A stretch of DNA of 64,000 bases from contig JBBRLX010000007.1 in NCBI GenBank assembly GCA_038231135.1, positions 65,475-129,474 on the forward strand, given 5' to 3'. Each line of letters begins with the position of its first letter. Positions within the stretch are counted from its first letter, which is position 1. Positions 10,658 to 20,268 of the stretch are shown in pieces. The translations under genes were made by a program, and so were the position numbers. This stretch comes from Candidatus Eiseniibacteriota bacterium (GTDB lineage Bacteria > Eisenbacteria > RBG-16-71-46). A model generated the notes under the pieces. It was given only the letters and a program-made list of their open reading frames with translations, did no database searches and was not told the DNA's origin.

Positions 10658-11677
10658 TCACCCCTGCCATGCCACCCCCCGCGTGCCGGCCTCGAGCGTG
10701 CCGATCACGTACACCGTTTCCCCGGCGTCGCGCAGCGACCGCTCGACATCGGCGGCGCGGTCGGGACCGCACACGGCGATCATGCCGATGCCGAGATTGA
10801 ACGCCTGCCGCGCATCGTCCTCGGGCACCGCCCCCGCCTGGACGAGCCAGCGGAACAGCGCCGGGCGCGGCCACGCCTGCGATCGGATCACCGCGCGCAC
10901 GCCGGGCGGCAGCACGCGCGCCAGGTTGTCGCCGATGCCGCCGCCGGTCACGTGGGCGAGCGCGTGCAGGTCCGAGCGCTCGAGCACCGGCACGAGCGCC
11001 GGCCCGTACCAGCGATGCGGCGCGAGCAGCGCATTGCCGATCGAGACTCCCGCGCCCCCGGGCAGCGGGTCCTCGAGTGCATGCCGCGTGCCCTCGACGA
11101 TGCGGCGCGCCAGCGAGAAGCCGTTGGTGTGGAGCCCGTCGGACGCGAGGCCCAGCACGACGTCGCCGGGTGCCGCCGCCCCGCCGTCGAGCACGCGGTC
11201 GACGGCCACGGTTCCGAGCATGCAGCCGGCGACGTCCACCACCCCCGGCAGATACGTGTCCGGCAGCTCCGCGGTCTCGCCGCCGAGCAGCACCGCGTCC
11301 ACTTCGCGGCAGGCCCGCGCCAGCCCGTCGACCACCGCGCCCACCACCGCGGGATCCAGTTGCGCCTGCGCGATGTAGTCGAGGAACGCGAACGGCCGCG
11401 CGCCATGGACGAGCAGGTCGTTGGCGCCGTGCCGCACCAGGTCCTGGGCGGCGTCGCCGACGCGCCCCTGGGCCAGCGCCACGTGCAGCTTGGTGCCGAC
11501 GCCGTCGAGTGTCGCGGCGATCAGCCGCGACCCGCCCCCCGGCACGTCCAGCACGCCGGCGAATCCGCCGGGCAGGTCGCGCACCCCCCTGGTCCACGTG
11601 GAGCGCGCGGCGCCGACGATCGACTGCTTGAGCGGGGCCGCGCGCTCGACGTCGACCCCGGCGTCGCGATAGCGCAT
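10658..11677 (-). CDS. purM: Phosphoribosylformylglycinamidine cyclo-ligase (AIR synthetase)
   Basis: The product starts MRYRDAGVDVE, contains the motif GGFAGV ... GVGTK, and has the PurM N- and C-terminal domains. Confidence 0.9.
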   Translation of the reverse strand: MRYRDAGVDVERAAPLKQSIVGAARSTWTRGVRDLPGGFAGVLDVPGGGSRLIAATLDGVGTKLHVALAQGRVGDAAQDLVRHGANDLLVHGARPFAFLDYIAQAQLDPAVVGAVVDGLARACREVDAVLLGGETAELPDTYLPGVVDVAGCMLGTVAVDRVLDGGAAAPGDVVLGLASDGLHTNGFSLARRIVEGTRHALEDPLPGGAGVSIGNALLAPHRWYGPALVPVLERSDLHALAHVTGGGIGDNLARVLPPGVRAVIRSQAWPRPALFRWLVQAGAVPEDDARQAFNLGIGMIAVCGPDRAADVERSLRDAGETVYVIGTLEAGTRGVAWQG

Positions 11678-12999
11678 CAGCGGTGGATCCGCAGCGGGCG
11701 GACGCGAAGCTGCTGCAGGTCCTCACTGCTGGGACTGGGCACGAGCGGGAAGCGGCCGGCGACATGGAGCCGGAGCAGGCAGCGCACCACCTCGGGGTCG
11801 AACTGCGTGCCGGCGCCACGCTCCAGCTCGTCGAGCGCCTCGGACAGCTCGAGCGCGCGCCGGTACGGACGGTCGGAGGTCATGGCGTCGAACGCGTCCG
11901 AGACGTTGAGGATGCGCGCGCCGACCGGGACGTCCTCGGCGCGGAGCCCGTAGGGATAGCCCTTGCCGTCCGGACGTTCGTGGTGGGCGCGGATGATCTC
12001 GGACGACTTGTGCAGCGCGCGCACGCGCTTCACGATCTCGGCACCGGCGCCGGGGTGGCCGCGCAGCGTGCGCTGCTCCTCGTGCGACAGCGCGCCCGCC
12101 TTCTGGAGGATCACCTGGTGCTGCGGGCCGATCTTGCCGAGGTCGTGGACCAGCGCCGCGTACTCGATCTCCTCGACCTCGCCCTCGCGCAGCCCGAGTC
12201 CGCGCGCCAGCACCACGGCGTACTGGGCCACGCGCATGGAATGGTGGCGGGTGTAGGGATCCACTTCCTCGAGCACCTCGGTGAGCGTGCGCACGAAGTC
12301 CTTGAGATCCGAGCGGATCTCGACGTACTGGCGGAACGCGTGGCGGGCGACCCAGAACGGCACCGCGAACAGCACGAGCCCCCAGCGGCCCGAGCTGAAC
12401 CAGGTGACGGTCGCGAGCGCGCCGAGCACGATGAACGAGCCATGGTGGAAGATGCCGTTCAGGTAGTTGCGCTCGAACACCCGCCCCGGACTCGGACCGT
12501 GGGCGATGCCGACGATCATCGACGCCAGCGTCGAATTGACCACGAAGTAGCTGACTCCCATCGCGAGCAGCGGCACGACCTGGCGGGACAGCGTGAACCC
12601 GGCGGCGCTGCCGCCGGCCGCACGCCACGCGAACCCCGCCGACAGCTGGGTGAGCACCGCGATCGCCATGTTGTGGGCCACGCGCACCGGCGACCGGCGC
12701 CGCACCAGCGCCTGGCCGGTGAACGTGCTCGCGAGGTCGACGAGCGCGGTCCACGCCGGCCCTAGGATGACGAGACACGGCAGATCGACGACGGCGCTGG
12801 CGGTGGCGTAGCCGCCGCCCGGCAACTCGACCGGCGTCAGCTCGTTGAGCAGCATGAGCAGGCCGGCGATCACGAGCACGGCGAGCGGCGGGCGGCCATC
12901 CCACGGCGCGAACCACAGCGCCGCGCCGGCCGCGAGCACGACGCAGGTGTAGTAGGTGTAGAAGAGCCAGGGGCGCCGTGCGGCGAGCGTCTCGCTCAT
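11677..12999 (-). CDS. Membrane-anchored HD-GYP-domain c-di-GMP phosphodiesterase
   Basis: The N-terminal ~220 aa contains 6-7 predicted TM helices. The C-terminal part is an HD domain (HSMRVAQYAVVLA ... HDLGK) with the HD-GYP signature HHERPDGKGYPYGL. Its stop overlaps the purM start by 1 nt. Confidence 0.8.
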   Translation of the reverse strand: MSETLAARRPWLFYTYYTCVVLAAGAALWFAPWDGRPPLAVLVIAGLLMLLNELTPVELPGGGYATASAVVDLPCLVILGPAWTALVDLASTFTGQALVRRRSPVRVAHNMAIAVLTQLSAGFAWRAAGGSAAGFTLSRQVVPLLAMGVSYFVVNSTLASMIVGIAHGPSPGRVFERNYLNGIFHHGSFIVLGALATVTWFSSGRWGLVLFAVPFWVARHAFRQYVEIRSDLKDFVRTLTEVLEEVDPYTRHHSMRVAQYAVVLARGLGLREGEVEEIEYAALVHDLGKIGPQHQVILQKAGALSHEEQRTLRGHPGAGAEIVKRVRALHKSSEIIRAHHERPDGKGYPYGLRAEDVPVGARILNVSDAFDAMTSDRPYRRALELSEALDELERGAGTQFDPEVVRCLLRLHVAGRFPLVPSPSSEDLQQLRVRPLRIHR

Positions 13000-13286
13000 G
13001 AACTCCGGCTCGGGATGGTGGGCTGTGGGATTGACACGAGACCGACATCCGGTCGGAGGGCCGGTGTCGCTACGTCAAGAGTACTGCTCGTTGCGTATCT
13101 TCGAAACCAGGTAGCCTAACCCTACCAGCCGCCCTTACCGAAGATATTGATCAGCTCCAGGATGAAGTCCACGAAACCCCACCTCCTTCAAGACAATTGC
13201 GTTGCGACCAGGGAGGAACGTATTCCTTACGAACGTTGGGTGGGATCCGCTTCGCTTTTCCGGATTTGATCGCTTCGCTTCGCCTC

Positions 13287-14102
13287 CTATGAAGATGTCG
13301 GTCTCAATACGTATTCGGTGGGTTCCTTGCCGGGCAACCCACCCACAATCCGATTCAGCGCGGACAACGTGGCCAGCACCACGGCTTCCTGGGCATCTTG
13401 CTCCACCGCACAGGATCCGGCCAGCCTTTTCTGGGCCCGGTGGCCGAGCAACTCGACCACCACCAGCGCCACCTCGCCCCGGCCCACAGGCAGGATCTGT
13501 ACCGAGTCGAGGCTGAACGCCACCTCGCCGTCCAGGAACTCGAGCACGGTGGCGACCGTGGCCTGGGCCACGAGCTTGAGCGCACCATCGCGCGTGCCCC
13601 AGCCGGACGCGCTGCCCATGCGGGGCACGCCCTTCCAGCGCAGTTCCACTTGCGCCTGGGCGCGCCGGCCGGACACGTACAGGTTGACGCTCGAGAACCG
13701 GATCCGCTCGTCGGACTCCGCGTCGTCGGACTCCGCGTCGTGGGACTCCGCGTCGTGGGTCGTGGGCTCCTCGGTCACCTCGGGACGAATGTCCGTCTCA
13801 TCCGTGGGACCGTTGTGCGGCGGCGCTGGAATCCCCTCGGGCGCCGGAACCGGCTCGGGGCCCGAGACACGGTCGGTGAACGCCACCGACACCACGCGAA
13901 AGTCGATCGGCCGCTGGAACCGCGTCAGCAGCAGCGTCTGGATGTCCCGCACGATCTGCTTCGCGGGGCGGCGGGACGACGAAACGACGTGGATTTCAGT
14001 GATGTCATCGCCCGCGGTCTGGATGTGGACGCCGTCGATGTCGCGCAGCGAGCGAATCGCGGTTTCCGCGAGCGGGATCCAGGTGGAGTGTGTGGTATCC
14101 AA
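13287..14102 (-). CDS. Hypothetical protein made of two related ~85-aa domains joined by an acidic linker with tandem repeats; the gene is low in GC
   Basis: The ORF is 271 aa with GC3 noticeably lower than its neighbours. The linker reads HDAESHDAESDDAESDE, encoded by 3 x 15-bp tandem repeats. The N- and C-terminal domains share a pattern of a hydrophobic beta-strand followed by an amphipathic helix ending in R(F/I). I do not recognise the family. Confidence 0.55.
   Translation of the reverse strand: MDTTHSTWIPLAETAIRSLRDIDGVHIQTAGDDITEIHVVSSSRRPAKQIVRDIQTLLLTRFQRPIDFRVVSVAFTDRVSGPEPVPAPEGIPAPPHNGPTDETDIRPEVTEEPTTHDAESHDAESDDAESDERIRFSSVNLYVSGRRAQAQVELRWKGVPRMGSASGWGTRDGALKLVAQATVATVLEFLDGEVAFSLDSVQILPVGRGEVALVVVELLGHRAQKRLAGSCAVEQDAQEAVVLATLSALNRIVGGLPGKEPTEYVLRPTSS
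13711..13755. repeat. 3 x 15-bp perfect or near-perfect tandem repeat inside the hypothetical gene; it encodes the (H/D)DAES repeats
   Basis: The plus strand at 13711-13755 reads tcggactccgcgtcg / tcggactccgcgtcg / tgggactccgcgtcg. Confidence 0.8.
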
Positions 14103-14112
14103 TGGGCAGCCG

Positions 14113-14151
14113 GTCTCCAGGGGGGGGAGTTTTGGAGACGCGATTTTAGCA
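14113..14151 (-). promoter_or_regulatory. A 7-bp-stem hairpin (GTCTCCA / TGGAGAC) next to an extended -10-like TGCTAAAAT, between the PfkB kinase stop and the start of the hypothetical gene
   Basis: The plus strand reads ggtctcca-ggggggggagttt-tggagacg, then attttagca, which is TGCTAAAAT on the minus strand. This could be a weak terminator for the kinase gene, or a promoter and 5'-UTR structure for 13287..14102. There is no U-tract. Confidence 0.25.
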
Positions 14152-14178
14152 CACGCCGAAAACCCGACTCCTAGGAAT

Positions 14179-15123
14179 TCACCCGAGAACCGTGGGGTCC
14201 AGCTCGAAGTCCACCATCCGGTGCAGCACGGTCATGCGTTCGCCGATTTCCGCACGGTTGGTTTCCAAAAGTCTCATGGGACTGAACCCCTCGATGGCGA
14301 TCGACGCCATCACCGATCCCGCGACCAGCGCCTGGCGCACGACACCGGGCTCGGCACTGCCCGCGCGTGCCACCCAGCCCAGGAACCCGCCGGCGAACGA
14401 GTCGCCCGCCCCGGTGGGATCGTTGAGCGACGCTACAGGATATGCGGGAGTGATGAACCGGTCGTCCCGCGACTGGTACAGCGCGCCATGCTCGCCCTTC
14501 TTGATGATGACCGCCCGGGCGCCGTGTTCGAGCAGCCGGTCGGCGGCGCGGATCAACTGCGTCTCGCCGGACAGCGCCCGCGCCTCCTCCTCGTTGAGCA
14601 GCGCGATGTCGACTTCGCGCAGCACCTCGAACACCCGGTCGGGCTTGCGCGCGATCCAGTAGTTCATGGTGTCCGACAGCGTGAGCCGCGCGCCCTTCGA
14701 CTGGCGCAGCACCTCGAGCTGCAGTTCGGGATCGATGTTCGCGAGGAACACGAACGGCGTGGAGCGATGCGTGGCATCGAGCCGCGGATGGAACGTCGAG
14801 AACACGTTGAGCTGGGTCTCGAGCGTATGCGCGTGCCCGAGCTCGGCGGAATATTCCCCGCGCCAGCGAAACGTGCTGCCGGGAGCGGTCTCGAGGCCGC
14901 TCAGATCGATGCCGCGCGATTCGAACCGGGCCCGGTGCTCGGCGGGAAAGTCCTCCCCCACCACCGCGATCATGCTCACGGCCGCGAAATGGCTCGCCGA
15001 CAGCGAGAAGTACGATGCCGAACCCCCCAGCGCCTCGACCGCCTCGCCGAACGGCGTGCGCACCGAGTCGAGCGCCACCGAGCCCACGACCAGGATCGAG
15101 GGTGGCCGCGATTCGGGCGTCAC
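14179..15123 (-). CDS. PfkB-family carbohydrate/nucleoside kinase (ribokinase-like)
   Basis: The product contains SILVVGSVALD and the ribokinase-family signature DPTGAGDSFAGGF. The GTG start at 15123 overlaps the argS TGA stop (GTGA). The upstream part of track ORF 14179..15474 is run-on. Confidence 0.8.
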   Translation of the reverse strand: MTPESRPPSILVVGSVALDSVRTPFGEAVEALGGSASYFSLSASHFAAVSMIAVVGEDFPAEHRARFESRGIDLSGLETAPGSTFRWRGEYSAELGHAHTLETQLNVFSTFHPRLDATHRSTPFVFLANIDPELQLEVLRQSKGARLTLSDTMNYWIARKPDRVFEVLREVDIALLNEEEARALSGETQLIRAADRLLEHGARAVIIKKGEHGALYQSRDDRFITPAYPVASLNDPTGAGDSFAGGFLGWVARAGSAEPGVVRQALVAGSVMASIAIEGFSPMRLLETNRAEIGERMTVLHRMVDFELDPTVLG

Positions 15124-16856
15124 GATGCCAGCTCCGCCGGCCGTTCCATGCGCTCGGGCGCGGTCACGCCCAGCAGCGCCAGGCCGTTGGCGATCACGAT
15201 GCGCGTCGCGTCGACGAGCTGGAGCCGCGCGCGCGACAGCTCGGCATCGTCCCCCACCACGCGGCACTGGTGATAGAACCGATGGAACTCGGCGGCGGTC
15301 TCCATCAGGAACAGCGGGATGCGCTGCGGCTCGCGCGCGAATGCGGCGCCGCGCACGACCTCGGGAAACGTCGACAGCATGCGCGCCAGCGCCCGCTCGC
15401 CGTCCGCCGTCCACGGCCGCTCGGCGGTCGCCGGCTCGAGGCCGCGCTCGCGCGCGTAGCGCAGGATCGAGCACACCCGCGCGTGGGCGTACTGCACGTA
15501 GTAGGCCGGGTTCTCGTCGTTCTGCTGCTTCGCCAGATCGAGGTCGAAGTCCAGGTGCGTGCTGGTGCCGCGCATCAGGAAGAAGAACTTCGCGCAGTCG
15601 GCCCCCACCTCGTCCATGAGGTCGCGCAGCGAGACGAACTCGCCGGCGCGCTTGCTCATCTTGACCGGCTGGCCGCCGGCCATGAGGTTCACCTGCTGGA
15701 CGATCATCACCTTCAGGAAATCGGCCTCGAGCCCCAGCGCCTCAAGCGCGGCGGCGAGCGGCAGGATGTGGCCGTGATGGTCGGGGCCCCACAGATCGAT
15801 CGCGTGCCGGAACCCGCGCCGGCGCTTGTCGCGATGATAGGCGACATCGGGCAACAGGTAGGTCGGCGCGCCATTGCCCTTGACGATCACGCGGTCCTTG
15901 TCGTCGCCGAACCGGCTGGTGCGGAGCCACGTCGCCTCGCCTGAATCCTCGGGCTCGACGCCGCGATCGCCCGCCGATTTGTCGACTTCGGGCTTCACCG
16001 CCCGGTACGTCATGTCGCGACCGATCAGCTCCTCGAGCGTGCGGGCCACGTCGCCCGACGCGTGCAGCTGCGATTCGCGGAACCAGTTCGCGAACTCGGC
16101 CCCGTAGTCGTCGAGATCGCGGCGCTGCCACGCCACCATGCGGTCGAGCGCCTGCTCGCGGAACCAGCCCAGGTCGCCCCGCGCGAGCGCCGCGCGAGCG
16201 GGCGCCTCGGGCAGCTGCCGCGCCAGGTCCGCCAGGTATTCGCCGTGGTAGCCGTTGGCAGGGAACTCCGCCGCCGTGCCCACCCGCTCCGCGAACCGCG
16301 CGGCGACGGACGCGCCCAGCAGATCCACCTGGTTGCCGGCGTCGTTGATGTAGAACTCGCCCTCGGCGTCGTGGCCGGTCGCGCGCAACAGCCGCACCAG
16401 CGTGGCGCCCACCGCGGCGGCGCGCGCGCTGACCACGTTGAGCGGCCCGGTGGGGTTGGCGCTCACGTATTCGATCTGGATGCGCAGGCCGTGCGCGTGA
16501 TCGTGACAGCCGAACTCCGCACCCAGAGCCCGGATCCGGTTCGGCAGCCCGGCCAGGAACTCCGGCGAATAACGGAAGTTGACGAACCCGGGGCCCGCGA
16601 CCGTGACCTCCGCGAACCGCTCAGGGTCGGGCGGGAACGCCGCCGCAATGCGCTCGGCCAGCGCCCTGGGCGGCTGCTTCAGTTCGCGCGCCAGCGGCAT
16701 CGCCAGATTGGACGTCCAGTCGCCGTGCGTGGCGTCGCGCGGCACGGCCAGCTCGATCCTGCGCTCGCGCTCCTCGCTCCACAGGCCGAGCGAACGCAGT
16801 GCCGCGGCGAGCCCGTCAGTCAGCGGTTTCCAGACCAAGATCCACGCTCCGTGCAT
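15120..16856 (-). CDS. argS: Arginine--tRNA ligase
   Basis: The product has an ArgS N-terminal domain, class-I catalytic core motifs (SANPTGPL, KMSKR as QPVKMSKRAG) and a DALR anticodon-binding domain at the C-terminus. The true start may be slightly downstream of 16856, because the track ORF overlaps rsfS by 41 nt. Confidence 0.85.
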   Translation of the reverse strand: MHGAWILVWKPLTDGLAAALRSLGLWSEERERRIELAVPRDATHGDWTSNLAMPLARELKQPPRALAERIAAAFPPDPERFAEVTVAGPGFVNFRYSPEFLAGLPNRIRALGAEFGCHDHAHGLRIQIEYVSANPTGPLNVVSARAAAVGATLVRLLRATGHDAEGEFYINDAGNQVDLLGASVAARFAERVGTAAEFPANGYHGEYLADLARQLPEAPARAALARGDLGWFREQALDRMVAWQRRDLDDYGAEFANWFRESQLHASGDVARTLEELIGRDMTYRAVKPEVDKSAGDRGVEPEDSGEATWLRTSRFGDDKDRVIVKGNGAPTYLLPDVAYHRDKRRRGFRHAIDLWGPDHHGHILPLAAALEALGLEADFLKVMIVQQVNLMAGGQPVKMSKRAGEFVSLRDLMDEVGADCAKFFFLMRGTSTHLDFDLDLAKQQNDENPAYYVQYAHARVCSILRYARERGLEPATAERPWTADGERALARMLSTFPEVVRGAAFAREPQRIPLFLMETAAEFHRFYHQCRVVGDDAELSRARLQLVDATRIVIANGLALLGVTAPERMERPAELAS

Positions 16857-17199
16857 CGCCCCACAGGCGATCCAGCATGTAGTACTCGCGCGTCTTCTCG
16901 TGGAACACGTGCACGACGATCTCCACGTAATCGAGCAGCACCCAGCGCCGCCCGGCGAGACCCTCCACGTGCCACGGCCGCGCCCCGCGCTCCCGCAGCG
17001 AATCCTCGACGTGCTCGGCGATCGCCTTGACCTGCACCTCGCTCGATCCCGAACAGATGAAGAAGTAGTCGCACACGCCGTCGAGTTCGCGCAGGTCGAG
17101 CGCCAGCGGCTCGTGCGCCTTCTTCGCCACCGCCGCCTGCGCCGCGCTGCGCAGCAGTTCGAGCGTGGTGAGCTGTGCCTTGGTCCTGGGCCGGGTCAT
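16816..17199 (-). CDS. rsfS: Ribosomal silencing factor RsfS (Iojap family)
   Basis: From MTRPRTKAQLTTLELLRSAAQ onward the product contains DYFFICSGSSEVQVKAIAEHVEDSL and matches RsfS. The ATG at 17199 was verified. The upstream 66 aa of the track ORF is run-on. Confidence 0.85.
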   Translation of the reverse strand: MTRPRTKAQLTTLELLRSAAQAAVAKKAHEPLALDLRELDGVCDYFFICSGSSEVQVKAIAEHVEDSLRERGARPWHVEGLAGRRWVLLDYVEIVVHVFHEKTREYYMLDRLWGDARSVDLGLETAD

Positions 17200-17230
17200 G
17201 GGCGACGACTCCGGATGCGCCGTGACGCGC

Positions 17231-18235
17231 TCAACGGGTGCGCCGTACGGCGTATTCGATCGCGTGGTCGAGCGCGCGATGCGCGGCACGTGCGCCGGCC
17301 CGGCCGTTCGCCGCGGCCAGCTGGCCGTTCGCGAGCGTGCGGGCGCGCGCCGCGAACTCGTCGGCGCGGCGGCGGGCGTAGTCGAAGCCGCCCGCACGCT
17401 CCATGCGCTGCCGCAGGTCGTTCCACTGGCCCTTCGTCCACCGCGTACGCGACGCCAGCTTCACGAGCTGCCGGCGCTCGGCGCCGCCGGCGTTACGGAG
17501 CGCCGCGATCAGCGGCAGCGTCACCTTGCCCTCGGCGAGATCGGCACCCACCGGCTTGCCCGTGACCTCGGGATCGCCATGCCAGTCGAACAGGTCGTCC
17601 ACGATCTGGAACGCGGTGCCGATCGCCTCGCCGAACGCCTTGAACCGCGCCCGCGCGCGCCGGTCCCTGCCACCGCCGTTCATGCTGCCGCCGATCTCGG
17701 TGGCGGCGCCGATCAGCGAGCTGGTCTTGGCGCGCACCACCTCGAGGTACTGGTCCTCGGTCACGTCGAGGTCGCGCGCGTACTGCAGCTCCAGCGCCTC
17801 GCCGCACGACATGTCGGCCACCACGCGCGCCAGCACCTCCATCGCGATCTTCAAGTCGTGCTTCACGAGAATCGCCATCGACTGGGCGTACAGGTAGTCG
17901 CCCATGATGATCGCCATCTCGTCCGACCACAGGCCGTTCACCGTGGGATGGCCGCGCCGCAGCTCGCTCTGGTCGACCGAGTCGTCGTGGATCAGCGCTG
18001 CCGCGTGCACCATCTCGATCACGGTCGCGCACCGCACCGCGTCGCGGTCGAGATGGCCGTTCAGCTTCGCCACCAGCAGCAGCAGCGTGGGCCGGAACTT
18101 CTTCCCGCGCGTCGCGAGCACGTGGCCGCCGACCTGGTTCAGGATCGGAATCGGCGTCTGGAACGATTCCCGCAGCAACTGCTCGACCTGCATGAGCTGG
18201 CGCCGTACGGGTTTCTGGACCGCGGTCATCGACAT
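17231..18235 (-). CDS. Polyprenyl diphosphate synthase (trans-IPP synthase, IspB-like)
   Basis: The product has two DDxxD motifs (LIHDDSVD and QIVDDLFD) within a polyprenyl-synthetase fold. The start is taken at MSMTAVQ. Confidence 0.85.
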   Translation of the reverse strand: MSMTAVQKPVRRQLMQVEQLLRESFQTPIPILNQVGGHVLATRGKKFRPTLLLLVAKLNGHLDRDAVRCATVIEMVHAAALIHDDSVDQSELRRGHPTVNGLWSDEMAIIMGDYLYAQSMAILVKHDLKIAMEVLARVVADMSCGEALELQYARDLDVTEDQYLEVVRAKTSSLIGAATEIGGSMNGGGRDRRARARFKAFGEAIGTAFQIVDDLFDWHGDPEVTGKPVGADLAEGKVTLPLIAALRNAGGAERRQLVKLASRTRWTKGQWNDLRQRMERAGGFDYARRRADEFAARARTLANGQLAAANGRAGARAAHRALDHAIEYAVRRTR

Positions 18236-18385
18236 GGAATGGGCTTTCCAGACGGAGAGGAGGGGTTGCCGAGCACACGAAAGCGAAGCGATGGAGGATA
18301 CGGGGGGCATGCGAAAAGTGTCAAACTGTTAGGCGTTTCGACCACGTTTCGCCGCGGCGCGATCCACGCAGGCTGCCCGCCCGGT

Positions 18386-19840
18386 CTAAGGCCCTCCCCC
18401 GAGTTCCGCGAGCAGCCGCTCGCGGGTGTTGAGCGCCGGATCGTCGAGCACGCGCTCGAGCAGCCGCTCGAGCGTGGCGCCCACCTCGGGCCCCGGCGGG
18501 ATCCCGCGCACCCGCATGACATCTGCGCCGCCGATCGCGAGATCCCGCACGTCGAGCGCGTCGTGCTCGGCGAGCTGCCGTTCGATGCGCGCGCGCAGCT
18601 CCTCGAGGTAATGCGGGAACCCGGGCTTGAGGCCGTTGCCGCGATGATCAGCGAGCCTCAGATCGAACAGCTCCGCCACCGCGTCGACGCCGACGCGGCG
18701 GAGCCAGCGCCGCACCGCTGCGTCGGTCCACTCGGAGCTGTAGCCGAACATGTGCTCGCGCACCAGGTGCACGATCGCGCGGCGGTCGTCGAGCGGCGTG
18801 CGGAGCCGCTCGAGCACCCGGTCCGCGATCGCCGCGCCCGCGAGCTCGTGACCGTAGAACGTCGCGTCACCCCGGCGCAGCTCACGCGTCCCCGGCTTGC
18901 CGAGATCGTGCAGCAGCGCCGCCCAGCGCACGCGCGGCTTCGCGGCCGGGGCGGCGTCCACGGTGCGCAGGGTGTGCTCGTAGACGTCCCACGCGTGATG
19001 GCGGTTCTGCAGGACGCCGTAGGCGCCCGCCAGCTCGGGCAGCCACAGCTCGAGCAGCCCGGCCTCGCGCAGCAACTCGAGCCCCACCGACGGCGACGGC
19101 GCGACGAGCATGCGCCGGAACTCCGCTCCCACGCGCTCCCATGCGATGAGCGGCGCGCGATCCGCCACCGCGGCGAGCGCCGCGCGTGTCCGGGGTTCGG
19201 GTGCCATGCCGAGCACGGCGGCGAGCCGCGCGACGCGCAGCGGGCGCAGCGCGTCCTCGCGGAACCGCGCGACCGGATCGCCGACCGCGCGCAGCACGCC
19301 CTGCGCCAAGTCCTGGGCGCCGCCGTGGGGATCGAGCAGCTCGCCCGCCGCCGGATCCCACGCCAGGGCGTTCACGGTGAGATCCCGCCGGCCCAGGTCC
19401 TCGATGGGATCGAGCGTGAACTCGACCCCGTCGGGGTGCCGCGCGTCGGTGTAGCCGAGCTCGCGGCGCAGGGTCGTGCACTCGATCGCGACCCCGTCCG
19501 AGAGGATCAGCACGGTGCCATGGCGGAGCCCGATCGGCTCGACGCGCTCGAACCGGCGCGTCACCTCCGCGGGCTCGAGGTCGGTGGCCACGTCGAGCGT
19601 CGTGTCGCCGTCGCGCCCCAGCACCACGTCGCGCACCGTGCCGCCGACGAACCACGCCCGGCCGCCGCCGGCGCGCAGCCGCGCCAGCGCGGCCAGTGCC
19701 GGGGCCGGCCAGCGGTGCTCGCGGAGCCGCGTCGCGGCCGCGGCCCGCAGCGTCACGAGGTCGGTCGTCCTGGCGCCCCGCCTCCCGGCCTGCCCGAGCC
19801 GCTCACGAACCGCCTTCCACCAGCCGATAACCCGGGTCAC
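18386..19840 (-). CDS. cca: CCA-adding enzyme / tRNA nucleotidyltransferase with an HD domain
   Basis: The product has the class-II nucleotidyltransferase head motif (GGTVRD ... DGDTTLDVATD), an RNA-binding neck, and an HD domain (HHAWDVYEHTL ... LLHDLGK). The proposed GTG start at 19840 has GGGGGGAG upstream. The first 110 aa of the track ORF are run-on. Confidence 0.75.
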   Translation of the reverse strand: MTRVIGWWKAVRERLGQAGRRGARTTDLVTLRAAAATRLREHRWPAPALAALARLRAGGGRAWFVGGTVRDVVLGRDGDTTLDVATDLEPAEVTRRFERVEPIGLRHGTVLILSDGVAIECTTLRRELGYTDARHPDGVEFTLDPIEDLGRRDLTVNALAWDPAAGELLDPHGGAQDLAQGVLRAVGDPVARFREDALRPLRVARLAAVLGMAPEPRTRAALAAVADRAPLIAWERVGAEFRRMLVAPSPSVGLELLREAGLLELWLPELAGAYGVLQNRHHAWDVYEHTLRTVDAAPAAKPRVRWAALLHDLGKPGTRELRRGDATFYGHELAGAAIADRVLERLRTPLDDRRAIVHLVREHMFGYSSEWTDAAVRRWLRRVGVDAVAELFDLRLADHRGNGLKPGFPHYLEELRARIERQLAEHDALDVRDLAIGGADVMRVRGIPPGPEVGATLERLLERVLDDPALNTRERLLAELGGGP

Positions 19841-19870
19841 AGGCAGTGTCTCCCCCCTGGAGGTGCCGCG

Positions 19871-20260
19871 ATGACGATTCGAAGCCTGGGCCTCGCGCTC
19901 GCGCTCAGTTGCGGTGTCGTGACCACGGTCGCTGCGGCCGAAGCGCCGCCCGCCGTGTCCGCCCCTGCGCCGCTGCCCGCATCCCGCGCTCCCGGGTTCC
20001 CCGAGCCGCGCGTACGCGCATGGCAGCTGGGACTTGCGCGTCCCGATCGGCTGCAGCACGCGGCGTTCTCCTACACCGCCGGGCTCATGGTCGGTCTGAC
20101 GTCCGAATCCCCCGCCGCCGCCGCGGCCGGCGCATTCACGCTGGGCGTCGCGAAGGAGCTGTGGGACCTGCACCGCAGCGGTTTCGACGTGATGGATCTG
20201 GTCGCCGACGCGGTCGGAGCGGCCGGGGCCGCCGCCACCACGCGCCGCCTCACGCGCTGA
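19871..20260 (+). CDS. Small exported hypothetical protein. It is the only plus-strand gene I can support in the window.
   Basis: The ATG is preceded by GGAGG at -8. The product has a signal peptide (MTIRSLGLALALSCGVVTTVAAAEA) and high GC3. It is divergent from cca with only ~30 nt between the two starts, so one of the starts may be misplaced. Confidence 0.45.
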   Translation: MTIRSLGLALALSCGVVTTVAAAEAPPAVSAPAPLPASRAPGFPEPRVRAWQLGLARPDRLQHAAFSYTAGLMVGLTSESPAAAAAGAFTLGVAKELWDLHRSGFDVMDLVADAVGAAGAAATTRRLTR

Positions 20261-20268
20261 TCAGCGCG
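20253..20268. terminator. A 16-bp perfect palindrome, CGCGCTGATCAGCGCG, that contains the abutting stop codons of the two convergent genes (TGA|TCA)
   Basis: The plus strand reads cgcgcTGATCAgcgcg. The stops of 19871..20260(+) and 20261..20707(-) lie back-to-back inside the palindrome, which could act as a bidirectional stem-loop. Confidence 0.3.

Noticed and set aside
17165-20260. A 1031-aa plus-strand ORF spanning rsfS, ispB and cca
   Set aside because: It is low-complexity Arg/Ala/Gly-rich antisense translation of three well-supported minus-strand genes. Only its last 129 codons (19871..20260) behave like a real gene.
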